A DNA stretch of 64,000 nt from Octopus sinensis (Eukaryota). Below the pieces are notes generated by a model. It did no database searches and was not told where the DNA came from. It saw only the letters and a list, made by a program, of their open reading frames with translations. Where the stretch lies: NCBI RefSeq assembly GCF_006345805.1, contig NC_043002.1:53568001-53632000 (forward strand). The letters are read 5' to 3'. A program made the position numbers and the translations under genes. Positions 1 through 11,311 of the stretch are shown piece after piece (within the stretch, counting starts at the first letter, position 1; each line of letters starts with the position of its first letter).

Positions 1-752
1 ACTAGTGGCACCACAATATCAGCAATGTTAAAAGCAAAAACACAAAATCCTCAGCAAAACAGCAGAAACACAAACAAAAGAATAGTTCACAAAATCAGGT
101 ATATGTGCACCTACAACAACCTGAACAACATCAGTTGCAACAACACGCTTAGACATTCCTTCGCTTCAATTTTCACCAAAATGTGGACATTGAGATTGAG
201 GACTTTATCCTCAAGTGACAGAGGAATACAAATCAGTTGAGAGAACACAGACCAACATTTCTCGGAGGCGGTAATCGACTGGTTTCTAGTGAGAAATTCC
301 CACATGACGCGGATAGCTTTAAAGTGAAAATTGTTTATACAATACTGCAGAGAACTGTTTAGAAAGCATAAAAACACAAACTGTACGATTGACTCAAATG
401 TTGAGTAACTACAATGTTTCCTTCTTTGTGCCGCCAACATATGAGCACTGCAAACTGGATGCGAGCATGTGCGCAGTCTAGAATCGCCTTGGAAATAGTA
501 CTTACTTAACTAGCACAGGTCACAAGCTTTAGATTTGATAGCTACCAGTGAGACAAGGATTTTTGGGACATCTTTTATTGATGAAGGAGAATAATATGTA
601 CAGAAAGCTTTTCGTGCTGTAACCATGTGAACAATTAATTCCGGAGGAATTTTAACTGTGATTATGGACAAAACCTAGAATATACCGGTTGGCCATTTTA
701 CCAAATGATATAACCTATTCGAGTTAAATGCAGTTATTTACAGTGCGGTATT

Positions 753-790
<38 letters not shown>

Positions 791-819
791 GACACACACA
801 CATACACACACACACACAC

Positions 820-863
<44 letters not shown>

Positions 864-2211
864 GTATATTTATATACATAAACACAACAATATAATCAAT
901 ATAAACACATGCATACATATATATGTATATGGATATGCATATGCATATGTATGTGCATCAAAAAGATGTGTTTATGTGAGTATATGTATATATTGATATA
1001 GAAAAAGAAATGAAAATGAGGAGGCGATATTATCAATGACGTCTTAAGCTGACATAACCCATGCGTTGTTTTATGCATAATTCATCGACTAAAATATAAT
1101 AGACAAAGAAGAATTAGGAGGCATGTTAAACTTTTCAATGACAGAATTCTGGCTATTAAAAAATTTAGCATGGTTTTTTATGGTACTTTGGTACTTTTGT
1201 CCATCAAATGCAGAATCAGTTGAATATGCATGTAGCCAAGTGCAGCGCTTGGATTATGCCAGTATATTTGAAACGCGTGCAAGCTAAATAAATAGAATTT
1301 AATAAGCGTTCGACCTCGGATTTACAAATTGTGCCTGTCATATGGATTGATAAACAATTTAGTTAGCCGGGCAGGATTTCTACAAAGTGCTTAAGGAGGG
1401 AGGCATGCGCCTGGTTTTAGTCTCTTTTTCTTTCCGCACCTAATAACTTATAAGCATCTAATTATTAAAATGGAAAAATATAAAAGCCATTGCTATTCAT
1501 TTTTACACACACACGCATACACGCACACACAAAACACAAATGTGTATGTATGTATATATAATTCGACTGTAAAGTAACAGAAAATGACTCTAGAGTCGAG
1601 AGATTCATGCACTAAAACCAGAATGCATGTAGCTCTAGTCTTTTGAACGATTTGCGTGTTTTTCAGCCGAACACACCGAATATCCATATACGTACTCTTA
1701 CGTATTGAATTTTACATCTGTTGCTGGCTCCACCAAACCTATGCTTATATATAATAAAAGTGAAGTAAATAACAATTAAATTAGGGCTTACGAATGAGAA
1801 ACACAGAAAAGCGAAATATATTTTTAAATTGTCTGTAAAAATGATTATCGCATGTAAACAGAAAGGGAGAACAGAAAGCAAGCAAGAGAAGAAAAAGAAA
1901 GCTGAAGGTAAGAAATATATTGAAAGAAATGCGTAAAAGAAAACCTGAAAATAAAGGTGAAAACACAATCCATCATGCACAACATTTGTACTGTTAAGTT
2001 GTAACATTTACTTTCTGTTTATTTCTCATTTAATTTGTTTTCGGTCTTCTTTTATATTTCATTGTTTTCTTTCAGCCATTTGTATTCTATTTCTTTATAT
2101 GTGATTAATGATTGTTTTGCCAGACATCTTTTGCTCTATATCATAATTCCACAAGTATCATGCTTAATATTTTGGTAACATAATTCTGTTTCGTTTCATT
2201 TTTCTCTTTTA

Positions 2212-2425
2212 TTCTTTTACTTGTTTCAGTCATTTGACAGAGGCCATGCTGGAACATCGTATTTATTCGACCAAATTGCCCCCAGGTATTATTCGTTGTA
2301 AACCGAGTACTTATTCTATCGTTCTCTTTTACAGAACCGCTAAGTTATGGGAACGTAAATACACCAAAATCGGTTGTCAAGCGATGGTGGTGGTGGAAAG
2401 GAAAACACAGGCACACAAATACATG
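2212..2425 (-). mobile_element. tRNA-derived SINE family A, 3' half (diverged)
   Basis: Reverse complement matches the 3' half of the SINE-A copies at 11066-11503 and 17745-18100 (ccagcatggcc..tcaaatgactgaaacaagtaaaag); ends at a microsatellite. Confidence 0.7.
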
Positions 2426-2432
2426 CATATAT

Positions 2433-2512
<80 letters not shown>

Positions 2513-2665
2513 GTAAGTATGTATATATAAGAGGTATTGGTATCTAGAAGACCCAAAGAGGGGCAGGCAACGCTAAGCAAGTGTTATGGCCAAACCGTAG
2601 TTAAACTCTTGGTTCGATAGTGATACGAAGTTAATGTGGGTCTTGTATTAGCATGCGTATATATA

Positions 2666-2983
2666 TTAGGCAAAATGGGATAACAAAACTAAGGCTGTAA
2701 GGAGTTTTCAGGACATTTATAAGGAAAAAGATATAGATATAGTCTTACAGCTGTTTCTGGGATATTGTGGATATCCCTTCATCAGTGACAATGTAAGATG
2801 GTTAAATACAGGTAAATATTTGAGTTCGAAATAAGGAGTTATTATGGAAAAGGAGGAGATAGGGAATATAGAGGAAAAGATATGCACAATATCCCAGAAA
2901 CAGCTCTATGACTATATACTTTTACCATATAAATGTTCTGAACACTTTTCACCGCCTTGACTTTGTCATCTCATTTTGCCTAA
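2666..2983. mobile_element. 318-bp foldback element with ~115-nt imperfect TIRs, probably Penelope pseudo-LTR-derived
   Basis: Ends TTAGGCAAAATG...CATTTTGCCTAA flanked by TA runs; arms 2666-2783 and 2866-2983 are imperfect reverse complements; both arms contain hammerhead-like motifs. Confidence 0.8.
2742..2789 (-). ncRNA. Minimal type I hammerhead ribozyme motif
   Basis: Minus strand reads GTCA-CTGATGA-A-GGGATAT-CCACA-ATATCCC-A-GAAA-CAGCTG-TA/AGAC: intact CUGAUGA and GAAA core, 7-bp stem II, palindromic stem III, GUA cleavage triplet, short stem I. Confidence 0.7.
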
Positions 2984-2995
2984 TATATATATATA

Positions 2996-3210
2996 GTCAA
3001 GGTTGTGAAAAGTCTTCTGTATATTTATATGGCAAAAGTATATAGTCATAAAGCTGTTTCTGAAATATTGTGCATATCCTTTCATCTATATTCCCTATCT
3101 CCCCCTTTTCTATAATAATTCTTTATTTCGAACTCAAATATCTACCTGCATTTAACCATCTCACATCGTCTCTGATTAAGGGACATCCATAATATCCCAG
3201 AAAAAGCTGT
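2996..3210. mobile_element. Second, inverted and truncated copy of the 2666-2983 foldback element
   Basis: 2996-3210 is the diverged reverse complement of about 2747-2961; carries a mutated hammerhead gtct-CTGATTA-agggacat..atatccca-GAAA-aagctg-T at 3168-3210. Confidence 0.8.
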
Positions 3211-3798
3211 GTGTGTATATGCGTGTGAAAGTGTATGTATGTGTGTGTATATGCGTGTGAAAGTGTATGTATGTGTGTGTATGCAAGTATGTGCATGTAT
3301 GTATGCGTTGTGTTTGCGAAGGGTTGTGTGTGTGTAGTATATATGAGTTTGTGTGTGTGCATGCAAAAGTATATATAAATATGTACATAACTGTTTATAT
3401 ACATATCTATATTTATATGTATATAATGATTAGAAATGTTTGGAGTGTTACAATAAAGTTATTTTACTGTATTTCTGGGCGGTGATTTCAACAGATCTAT
3501 TAGAACTCTTGTTGTGGTACATTAATGTCTTTCAGCTGAAAACAGGTGTTTTAGAGATTCCATTGTGAAATAAAGTATTATAAATTAATGTACGAATGAT
3601 TAAAAAATAATACAACAACGTTTTAAAGACGTTGATATAATACGATTATAGTGAATATAATGTTGGTAAGCCATGTCTTAAGGGCATGAATTCAGGCAAA
3701 TTGTTCGCCTGTTTTCAAACATGATGATATCGAATGAAGGATCGACTACAAATTTTTGAAGTGAGACAAAATTCATTATAATAATAATGTGAATAATA

Positions 3799-4029
3799 TC
3801 TGTAATAATAAAACCGAATTTCTGTCTGTCTATCCGTCTGGGACCCCCATATCTCAGCCTACATTTACTACACATAGTAAATGTAGTATACTATACTATA
3901 CTATACATAGACATATTATAATTTATTTGGAATCAGGATGATCTCGGGACTGAAAACCTGCCCTTCATTTGGGTCTTGAACATCCCGTATTGGGATTTTA
4001 TTTAAAAGAATTTGGGTTGCTATTTCTAG
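3799..4029 (+). mobile_element. Possible non-autonomous Helitron-like element
   Basis: A|TC start followed by ATAATAAAA..TCTGTCTGTCT, similar to the start at 63279; possible CTAG|T end; internal 11-bp inverted repeat ctacatttact/agtaaatgtag; no clear 3' hairpin. Confidence 0.3.
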
Positions 4030-4418
4030 TAGGTAATGTTGGGTGAATTCGCGCCATCTTGGTGGCGTGAGTCAAATGATGCTAGAGATCAAGGGGGCAG
4101 ATAATTGATATTCGTTTTGTTAATTTTACATAGACAAGGCCTTTGGGACAAATTGGTCAACATTTGGAATTCAACTAGGGACTGGAACAATAAAATGATT
4201 GCATTACAGAATTAATTCTTTTTCGTACTTAAACTCTGATCAAACACCACCGATGCATATAGTCATTATAGACGTATTATAGCCAGTTTATTAGCTGCCT
4301 TAAGTTTTGGGCCGTAGCCCTAATTAGCACTCCATAAGAGTTCGCACGGAGTACGGATTTTGTATGTAACTATCTGTCCATTAATCTATTTATCCATCTA
4401 TGTCTCTATCTCACTCTA

Positions 4419-4587
<169 letters not shown>

Positions 4588-5235
4588 TTGTATTTATCTA
4601 TGTATATATATATTTGTTTTGCATACATACATAGATACATACAAACAAGCATATATATATATTTGTCTGTTTTCGTCTGTGTGGATAACATTGTGAAGGC
4701 TATTTTCTCAGTGAACAAATACAAAGGTTAAAACAGGAACATTCGTAGTTTCATCAAAAACAAGACGGAAAGAAAAGAATATTGGCCAGCCTATTGAATC
4801 AACAACGTTGAATCATTTCTGAATGCAGTGAGTAATCAATGAGTTGTCTCCAAATCATAGTCTTGCAGAAGGTAAGTCTCAGTGGAATATATCCAGACAA
4901 CATTTGGTTTTAGTGAAATCCAATAAAATATTGTCTGGAATTCGCATATAAAATTGAACACACATAATCTGCCTTTTACTATCATCATGCTTCCATTAGT
5001 CATCCAAATCAGGCAGAATGATGACAATAAATCGAAGAGAGAAATCACTTTAACGATATCTATTTGCATATAACGTTGTCTATTTGGTATAAGCACACAT
5101 ACTTACAAACATACACACATAAGTATATATATATACACATATATATACATATATATATTATATAATATGATATATGTATTTATGTATGTATATACATATA
5201 TGTGTGTATACATATATATGTATATAAAGTGTGTT

Positions 5236-5309
<74 letters not shown>

Positions 5310-5562
5310 TATACAATGAGATATGGACGAAAGGGAATGTGTAGATATACTACATATATATAAATGCATATGGGTTTGTTGTGTCTGTGCATTTATAGAT
5401 ATACATCTATAATTACAGTATATTGTATGGAGATATGTATATACACCACACATACTTGCATATATATAGATACGGTACTATTTCTATACGTATGCATCTG
5501 CTTGATGGATATATGTGCACAAACACATTTAGGCTATACCTATATATATATATATATGTATG

Positions 5563-5623
<61 letters not shown>

Positions 5624-6221
5624 TATATATATATACATACATTTATATGTAATATACGTATACACATGCTGCACATATATAGGTCCCTCTATATCCCACT
5701 GTAAGAGTTCTGTATAATATATGTATCTGTGGGTGTGTGTACATACGCATATATGTACATATATGCATACATATACGCATACACACATATCTATAAATGT
5801 ATGTACTTAAGTTAATAGCTACAAAACATTATCTCTTTTATTTCTATGTATGTGAGAGTATGTATCAATACATAACGCTATGCAAACGCGTATATGTGAT
5901 ACAAAATTATCCTATCAGTAGGTTATGCTACTGATTCACACTATATAACAATAATATCTATACCTGGATAGAAATTTATCAACCAATAAACATTATCAGT
6001 CACTTTTCTGTCAGCTTTATAGAGTTAGGTCCATTAATCGCTAACCAAGTGAAGAAAGCTGAATATCATGTGGGTGGTAGTTTGTAGGAGAAATGCGAAA
6101 ATAATTCCTTACAATATTGAGTGATGTATTTCCAAACATTTAAGTTTGAATCATGAGATGATGAGGAAGGTGGTTCTACTGTTCAGGCTTCTCTGCTGTG
6201 ATTCAATCGCTTATACACTAA

Positions 6222-6367
6222 CAGGGACCCCATAATTATCCGAAAAATACCGACCGTGAATTCTTAAGACTGACGGTAATTTCGGTGTTCCGCTATTTCT
6301 GGGCCTGTTTCTCTATTATCCCGGACCTGTTCCTCGGTCAGTATTTTTCGGACATTTGTAGTCCCTG
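6222..6367. mobile_element. 146-bp MITE (hAT-like CAGGG ends)
   Basis: TIRs CAGGGAC..TCCGAAAAATACCGACCG / CGGTCAGTATTTTTCGGA..GTCCCTG; no target-site duplication recognised. Confidence 0.6.
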
Positions 6368-6616
6368 ATAACGTGTTTTCATTCATGTGGGTTAATTATA
6401 TAATTATAAATATATAATTATAATTACAGGCGATGGGGGTACAACGCCAATATACTAGAAGTAGATACCAATATACTAGAAGTAAAATGCATTAGAGCAT
6501 TTTAGCTTTTTCTTCCCGCAATGCAGGTGTTTTTTAATCATTACAGTGATTATACCAATTGCCAGCGTATAAAAACACCATATCGTAAAACTAATATTTA
6601 AGTATGTAATTATAAA

Positions 6617-6933
6617 TATATAATTATAATTAAAGGCGCTGGAGAGACAACGCCAATACGCTAGAAGTAGATGTCAAATGCCTACAAATCAATCTAAATT
6701 TGTTCTCTATTTTGTACAAGGCTGAGTGCGAGGAGCAAATGAAGAGTGCAAAGTAATTTTTATCACAAAACACGAAATCGTAAGATATAGTGTTGTCCGA
6801 AATTTTATAATCTTCTTGTCCATATTCAACCTAGTGCAAAAAGAGAACAAATTCAGAGTGGTTTGTGGACATTTGAGATCTACTCCTAGCGTATTGGCGC
6901 TTTCCCTCCAGCGCCTTTAATTATAATTATATA
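6617..6933. mobile_element. ~317-bp foldback/MITE with ~110-nt TIRs
   Basis: TATATAATTATAATTAAAGGCGCTGGAG..TTTGTTCTCT..G at 6617-6725 is mirrored at about 6825-6933; an extra partial left arm lies at about 6411-6490. Confidence 0.75.
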
Positions 6934-7019
<86 letters not shown>

Positions 7020-7052
7020 TATATATATATACACACACACAAATACATAGAT

Positions 7053-7105
<53 letters not shown>

Positions 7106-7124
7106 AATGATGATGATGTTGATG

Positions 7125-8114
7125 ATTGGTCTCCTCAAGACACTACAGCCATCTATCAAATTCACAACAGAAACAGGATACAATGAACTATCATTTCTAG
7201 ACATTCAAATCAAAATACACTACTCCACTATTACAACAGACGTATTTTACAAACAAACGGACACACACCAATATCTGAATTTCTACTCTTGCCACACCTC
7301 ACGCATTAAAAAGAACATCCCTTACAGTAAAGCAAGACGTCTCTGCACCATAGGGACTGACCCGCAAATACGTCAAATTATACTTGATGAACTCAAAAAC
7401 TTCCTACAAGAACAAAAATTACTCCGTGAAATTAATAATGGAATCTCGAAAGCGATGACATTAGACATCACACAACTAAGGACACACAAAAAAGCAAGGG
7501 ACGTACAATTCCATTTATCAATACACACAACCCTGGAATAATCAATATTTTCCACGTTATAGAGGCAAACCGACCAATACTTTTACAGAGCTCCAAAATG
7601 AGAAACCTAATAGATAAAAACTACCTACGAAATAGTAAACGTCAGGAAAAAAGCCTTAAAAAACAACTCATAAGGGCAAAATTCACATCAGAGAATGAAA
7701 CACAATTCCTCGTAAAAGAGTGTGGAGATAGCAGATGTGGAATATGCAATAACAAAAATAATTTCAAATATATAGATGGGGACACCACATAAAATTTAAG
7801 AGTGGATTCTCATTCCAGGTAAATACAAATATGAACAGAAGACACAAAATCTCATCTACTGCATTACGTGACCCAAATGCAAGGAGAATTATGTTGGTGA
7901 AACCAAATAATACCCTTTGCCAACGCACAAGAGTCTACAGAGAGCAAAACCGACAAGAGAAATTAAGGAAAATTCCACTGAGCAAACATTTGGAATTATG
8001 TGGAGAAAATTCAAGATCCTCCCCTTCTATAGATGCTTAAGGAACGACTCAAACATCCGCAAGAGAATGGAACTAACTTTCATAAAGAAGTTCTCGCCGA
8101 TATTAAACGGTTGA
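7125..8114 (+). mobile_element. Penelope-like retroelement remnant: RT C-terminus plus GIY-YIG endonuclease (frameshifted)
   Basis: LSFLDIQI..TDVFYKQTDTHQYLNFYSCH..KNIPYSKARRLCTI (PLE RT thumb); CGDSRCGIC knuckle; NLIYCIT*PKCKENYVGET..LSKHLELC..FIKKFSPILNG (GIY-YIG) across three frames; 5' end lies in a (GAT)n tract. Confidence 0.85.
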
Positions 8115-8823
8115 TCTGGAAATATGTGGATATAGATAATTCAAGGAAGGCAGATCATATTTAAGATATTTTTAAAGAAATTCAGATCACCATATTTATA
8201 ATAGAGAAACACTTTGCTACACTTAAACATTTCTCAGACTGTATTTAAAATCACACCTTATAGTTAATTTAAAATCACTCTTTCAAAAACATAGCCATAC
8301 ACGGCTAAATCAAAAACATCTGGAACTCTAACCAAAAACAACTGACCACATCCATACAACCATATTCTCTTCGTTACTTTAATGAATGCAAAAGAATTTT
8401 AAAAAAGCAAGACCTTGAAATGTAATTATAATTCTTACTGGAGAAAATCAAAAGCAACATCTGGTCTTTCAATTAAAAACGTCGACCACTTGTATAAAAA
8501 TTTCCTTTCCTTCCCCACCCAAAAGATCATTAAGAAAAAAAACAACATATCGAATCTTAATGAAGCAAGTTTAACCACACTGATATAAAATCCACGCTTC
8601 CTTTACCTCCCCCTCCTTCTCAAATGTTTTTTCTTCGTTCTTCTCCCTTCCTCTGCAAACCCCAAAACAATCCTACTTTCTTTTCTCTTCTCTATCTTCA
8701 CTATCTCCCACTCTTTCCTCCTCTCTCACCCTGCACCTTTCTAATTTGCTCCTCTCTTTCCTTTTCCCTCTATCTTTCTCGCTCTCCGTTCTCTCACTCA
8801 CTCACTCTCTCTCTCTCTTTCTT

Positions 8824-8864
<41 letters not shown>

Positions 8865-9481
8865 TTCTAAAACATCAGTTTCAATTTTACATTAAAAGGC
8901 GAAGCAAACTTACAATAAACCAATTTTTTGATAAATCCGATAACGGAAGAAGGCACTAAAAATGTAAATAAAAATATATATAATCGTTCAATATTCTGAC
9001 GACCTCATTATTCTCAATATATAAATATAATAAGCCCTGGAACAGTACTCTCCCCCAAAAGAGAATCTTAACCCTCACTTATATTTCTTCCTCTCTTCCT
9101 CTCTGTCTCGCCACTCTTACGCCGTAAATAAATGGAGATGGCATCTCCAGCAGTCCCCAATCAAAAAAGCAAATATCCCACGAATATATATATATATATT
9201 ATATATATATATATAAAACATTATTGGTGAATTGAAATTACTGCTGTGATTTTTGCTACTAAGGTATCGGTTAAACTGTTGATTAATCTACTACAAGATT
9301 ATTCATCTTTCTATATATATATATATATATATATTCAAAGAGCAATAAAGATTCAAGTTAATTTAAATGAATTTACTTGAATATGGTACCTAACTTAGAT
9401 GCACCAAAAAAAACTATACTGATTTAACAATACAGTAATGTGGGGTGATTATAAGCGAGAAAGAAGCAACAAGAATGGATA

Positions 9482-9567
9482 GGTTTTTAGTACGATCGTT
9501 TCATACAAGGACAGGTTTTATTAAAAGTTGCAAAGATTACAGCATATAAACGAGTCCCGTACTCATC

Positions 9568-9568
<1 letters not shown>
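9482..9568 (-). ncRNA. 5'-clipped type I hammerhead motif in a Penelope-type terminal repeat fragment (fragment about 9333-9568)
   Basis: Minus strand reads (A)TGATGA-GTACGGGAC..GTCCTTGTAT-GAAA-CGATCG-TA/CTAAAAACC; core C3 and the 5' strand of stem I are replaced by (TA)n. Confidence 0.55.
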
Positions 9569-9600
<32 letters not shown>

Positions 9601-9617
9601 CGTGTGTATATATATAT

Positions 9618-9660
<43 letters not shown>

Positions 9661-9661
<1 letters not shown>

Positions 9662-9790
9662 GAGGCGCAATGGTCCAGTGGTTAGGGCAGCGGATTCGCG
9701 ATTGTAGGATCGCGGTTTCGATTCCTAGATCGGGTGTTGTGAGTGTTTATTGAGCGAAATAAACACTCACTGCTCCGGCAGTGGGTGGTG
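9661..9790 (+). mobile_element. tRNA-derived SINE family C, 5' fragment
   Basis: GGAGGCGCAATGGTCCAGTGGTTAGG (A box) ... GGTTTCGATTCC (B box); homologous to the full copy at 39659-39957. Confidence 0.75.
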
Positions 9791-10457
9791 GCGATACACG
9801 CATACATTTAATCATACATACATGTATATATGCATGCATACATACATAATACATTCTATTGCTTGTGAGTCACGGACTTGGTATGATTGACTGTTGGAAA
9901 AACCAGACTAATTCCAATACTGACCGCTACGTAATTTCACTATTCAAATTGGCTGATGAGGCTCTGTTTACTATCCTACCGTCCTAAACAGTCAATTTCA
10001 CCGGCATCGAAAACCCAACATTCATGGATAAACCAACTGTTCGGTATAGAAATACTCTGAATACTGTGACAAGTATTCTACGGCGAGCTAAATCAAGGCT
10101 TGTTTAACTATGGTTGCTCAAGCTAGAGGCACAAGAACAGCTTCAATCGGAAACTGAATTGGGCCATCTTCAGCTATGAAAGATGAGTCTACAGCTCTTT
10201 GCTAGTGTCAGTGATACTACTGATGGTCTCAAACCGGGAACAACTTTCACACCGCTTTTAGAGTTACAAGACGAATTATGATGGAGATCAAATGTGTCTG
10301 TTCCTGACAAAACAAGCGCTGTCCTCTAGCATATGAGCAGTCTTATATTAAGCATTTGAAATATATCTCAGAAGTCTTTCACGTGTTCACAAGCACACAA
10401 ACGTTGTGATGACAAGATATCATTATCCCTTGGATGACGAGATAGCGCCATCAGCAT

Positions 10458-10488
<31 letters not shown>

Positions 10489-10599
10489 ACACATACAAAC
10501 ACGCACACACACACACACGCGCGCGCACACACACAAACACACACACACATACACACACACACATTCGAACACAATTTTACGAATAACTGTTATGTGTCT

Positions 10600-10632
<33 letters not shown>

Positions 10633-10636
<4 letters not shown>

Positions 10637-10655
10637 TGCTTCGGCAGTACATATG

Positions 10656-10688
<33 letters not shown>

Positions 10689-10739
10689 GGCCCCTGCGCA
10701 AGGATGACACGCAAATTCGTGAAGTGTTCCATTTTTTTT
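10633..10739 (+). ncRNA. U6: U6 spliceosomal snRNA, near full length (gene or retrocopy), copy 1
   Basis: TACTGCTTCGGCAGTA 5' hairpin, ACAGAGA box, AGCATGGCCCCTGCGCAAGGATGACACGCAAATTCGTGAAG, T8 end; only a few differences from canonical metazoan U6. Confidence 0.93.
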
Positions 10740-10910
10740 ATAGGCGCAGGAGTGGCTCTGTGGTAAGTAGCTTGCTAACCAACCACATGGTTCCGGATTC
10801 AGTCCCACTGCGTGGCATTTTGGGCAAGTGTCTTCTGCTATAGCCCCGGGCCGACCAGTGCCTTGTGAGTAGATTTGGTAGACGGAAACTGAAAGAAGCC
10901 TGTCGTATAT

Positions 10911-10925
<15 letters not shown>
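10740..10925 (+). mobile_element. SINE family A, 5' half, fused to U6 copy 1
   Basis: TAGGCGCAGGAGTGGCTCTGTGG (A box) ... GGATTCAGTCC (B-box-like), up to the internal (CA)/(TA) microsatellite. Confidence 0.85.
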
Positions 10926-10958
<33 letters not shown>

Positions 10959-10962
<4 letters not shown>

Positions 10963-10981
10963 TGCTTCGGCAGTACATATG

Positions 10982-11014
<33 letters not shown>

Positions 11015-11065
11015 GGCCCCTGCGCAAGGATGACACGCAAATTCGTGAAGTGTTCCATTTTTTTT
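10959..11065 (+). ncRNA. U6: U6 spliceosomal snRNA, near full length, copy 2
   Basis: Identical by eye to copy 1, offset by 326 bp. Confidence 0.93.
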
Positions 11066-11235
11066 ATAGGCGCAGGAGTGGCTCTGTGGTAAGTAGCTTG
11101 CTAACCAACCACATGGTTCCGGATTCAGTCCCACTGCGTGGCATTTTGGGCAAGTGTCTTCTGCTATAGCCCCGGGCCGACCATGCCTTGTGAGTAGATT
11201 TGGTAGACGGAAACTGAAAGAAGCCTGTCGTATAT

Positions 11236-11311
<76 letters not shown>

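Noticed and set aside
1-480. ORFs 25-240 (+) and 111-440 (-) as a gene fragment
   Set aside because: No recognisable motif in any frame and no convincing splice signals.
7869-7871. In-frame TGA at a conserved Cys (YCIT*PKC) of the Penelope GIY-YIG domain, suggesting selenocysteine as reported for Naiad elements
   Set aside because: A single TGA in a copy with several frameshifts and other stops; C-terminal endonuclease layout rather than Naiad; no SECIS recognised. A nonsense mutation is simpler unless the family consensus keeps the TGA.
8996-9055. CTGACGA...GGAACAGTACTCTC as a hammerhead in the Penelope 3' region
   Set aside because: No stem II pairing, GAAA incomplete, no stem I.
9952-10020. 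CTGATGA at 9953 (and similar words near 49898 and 63370) as hammerheads
   Set aside because: No stem II-GAAA-stem III-UH arrangement downstream.
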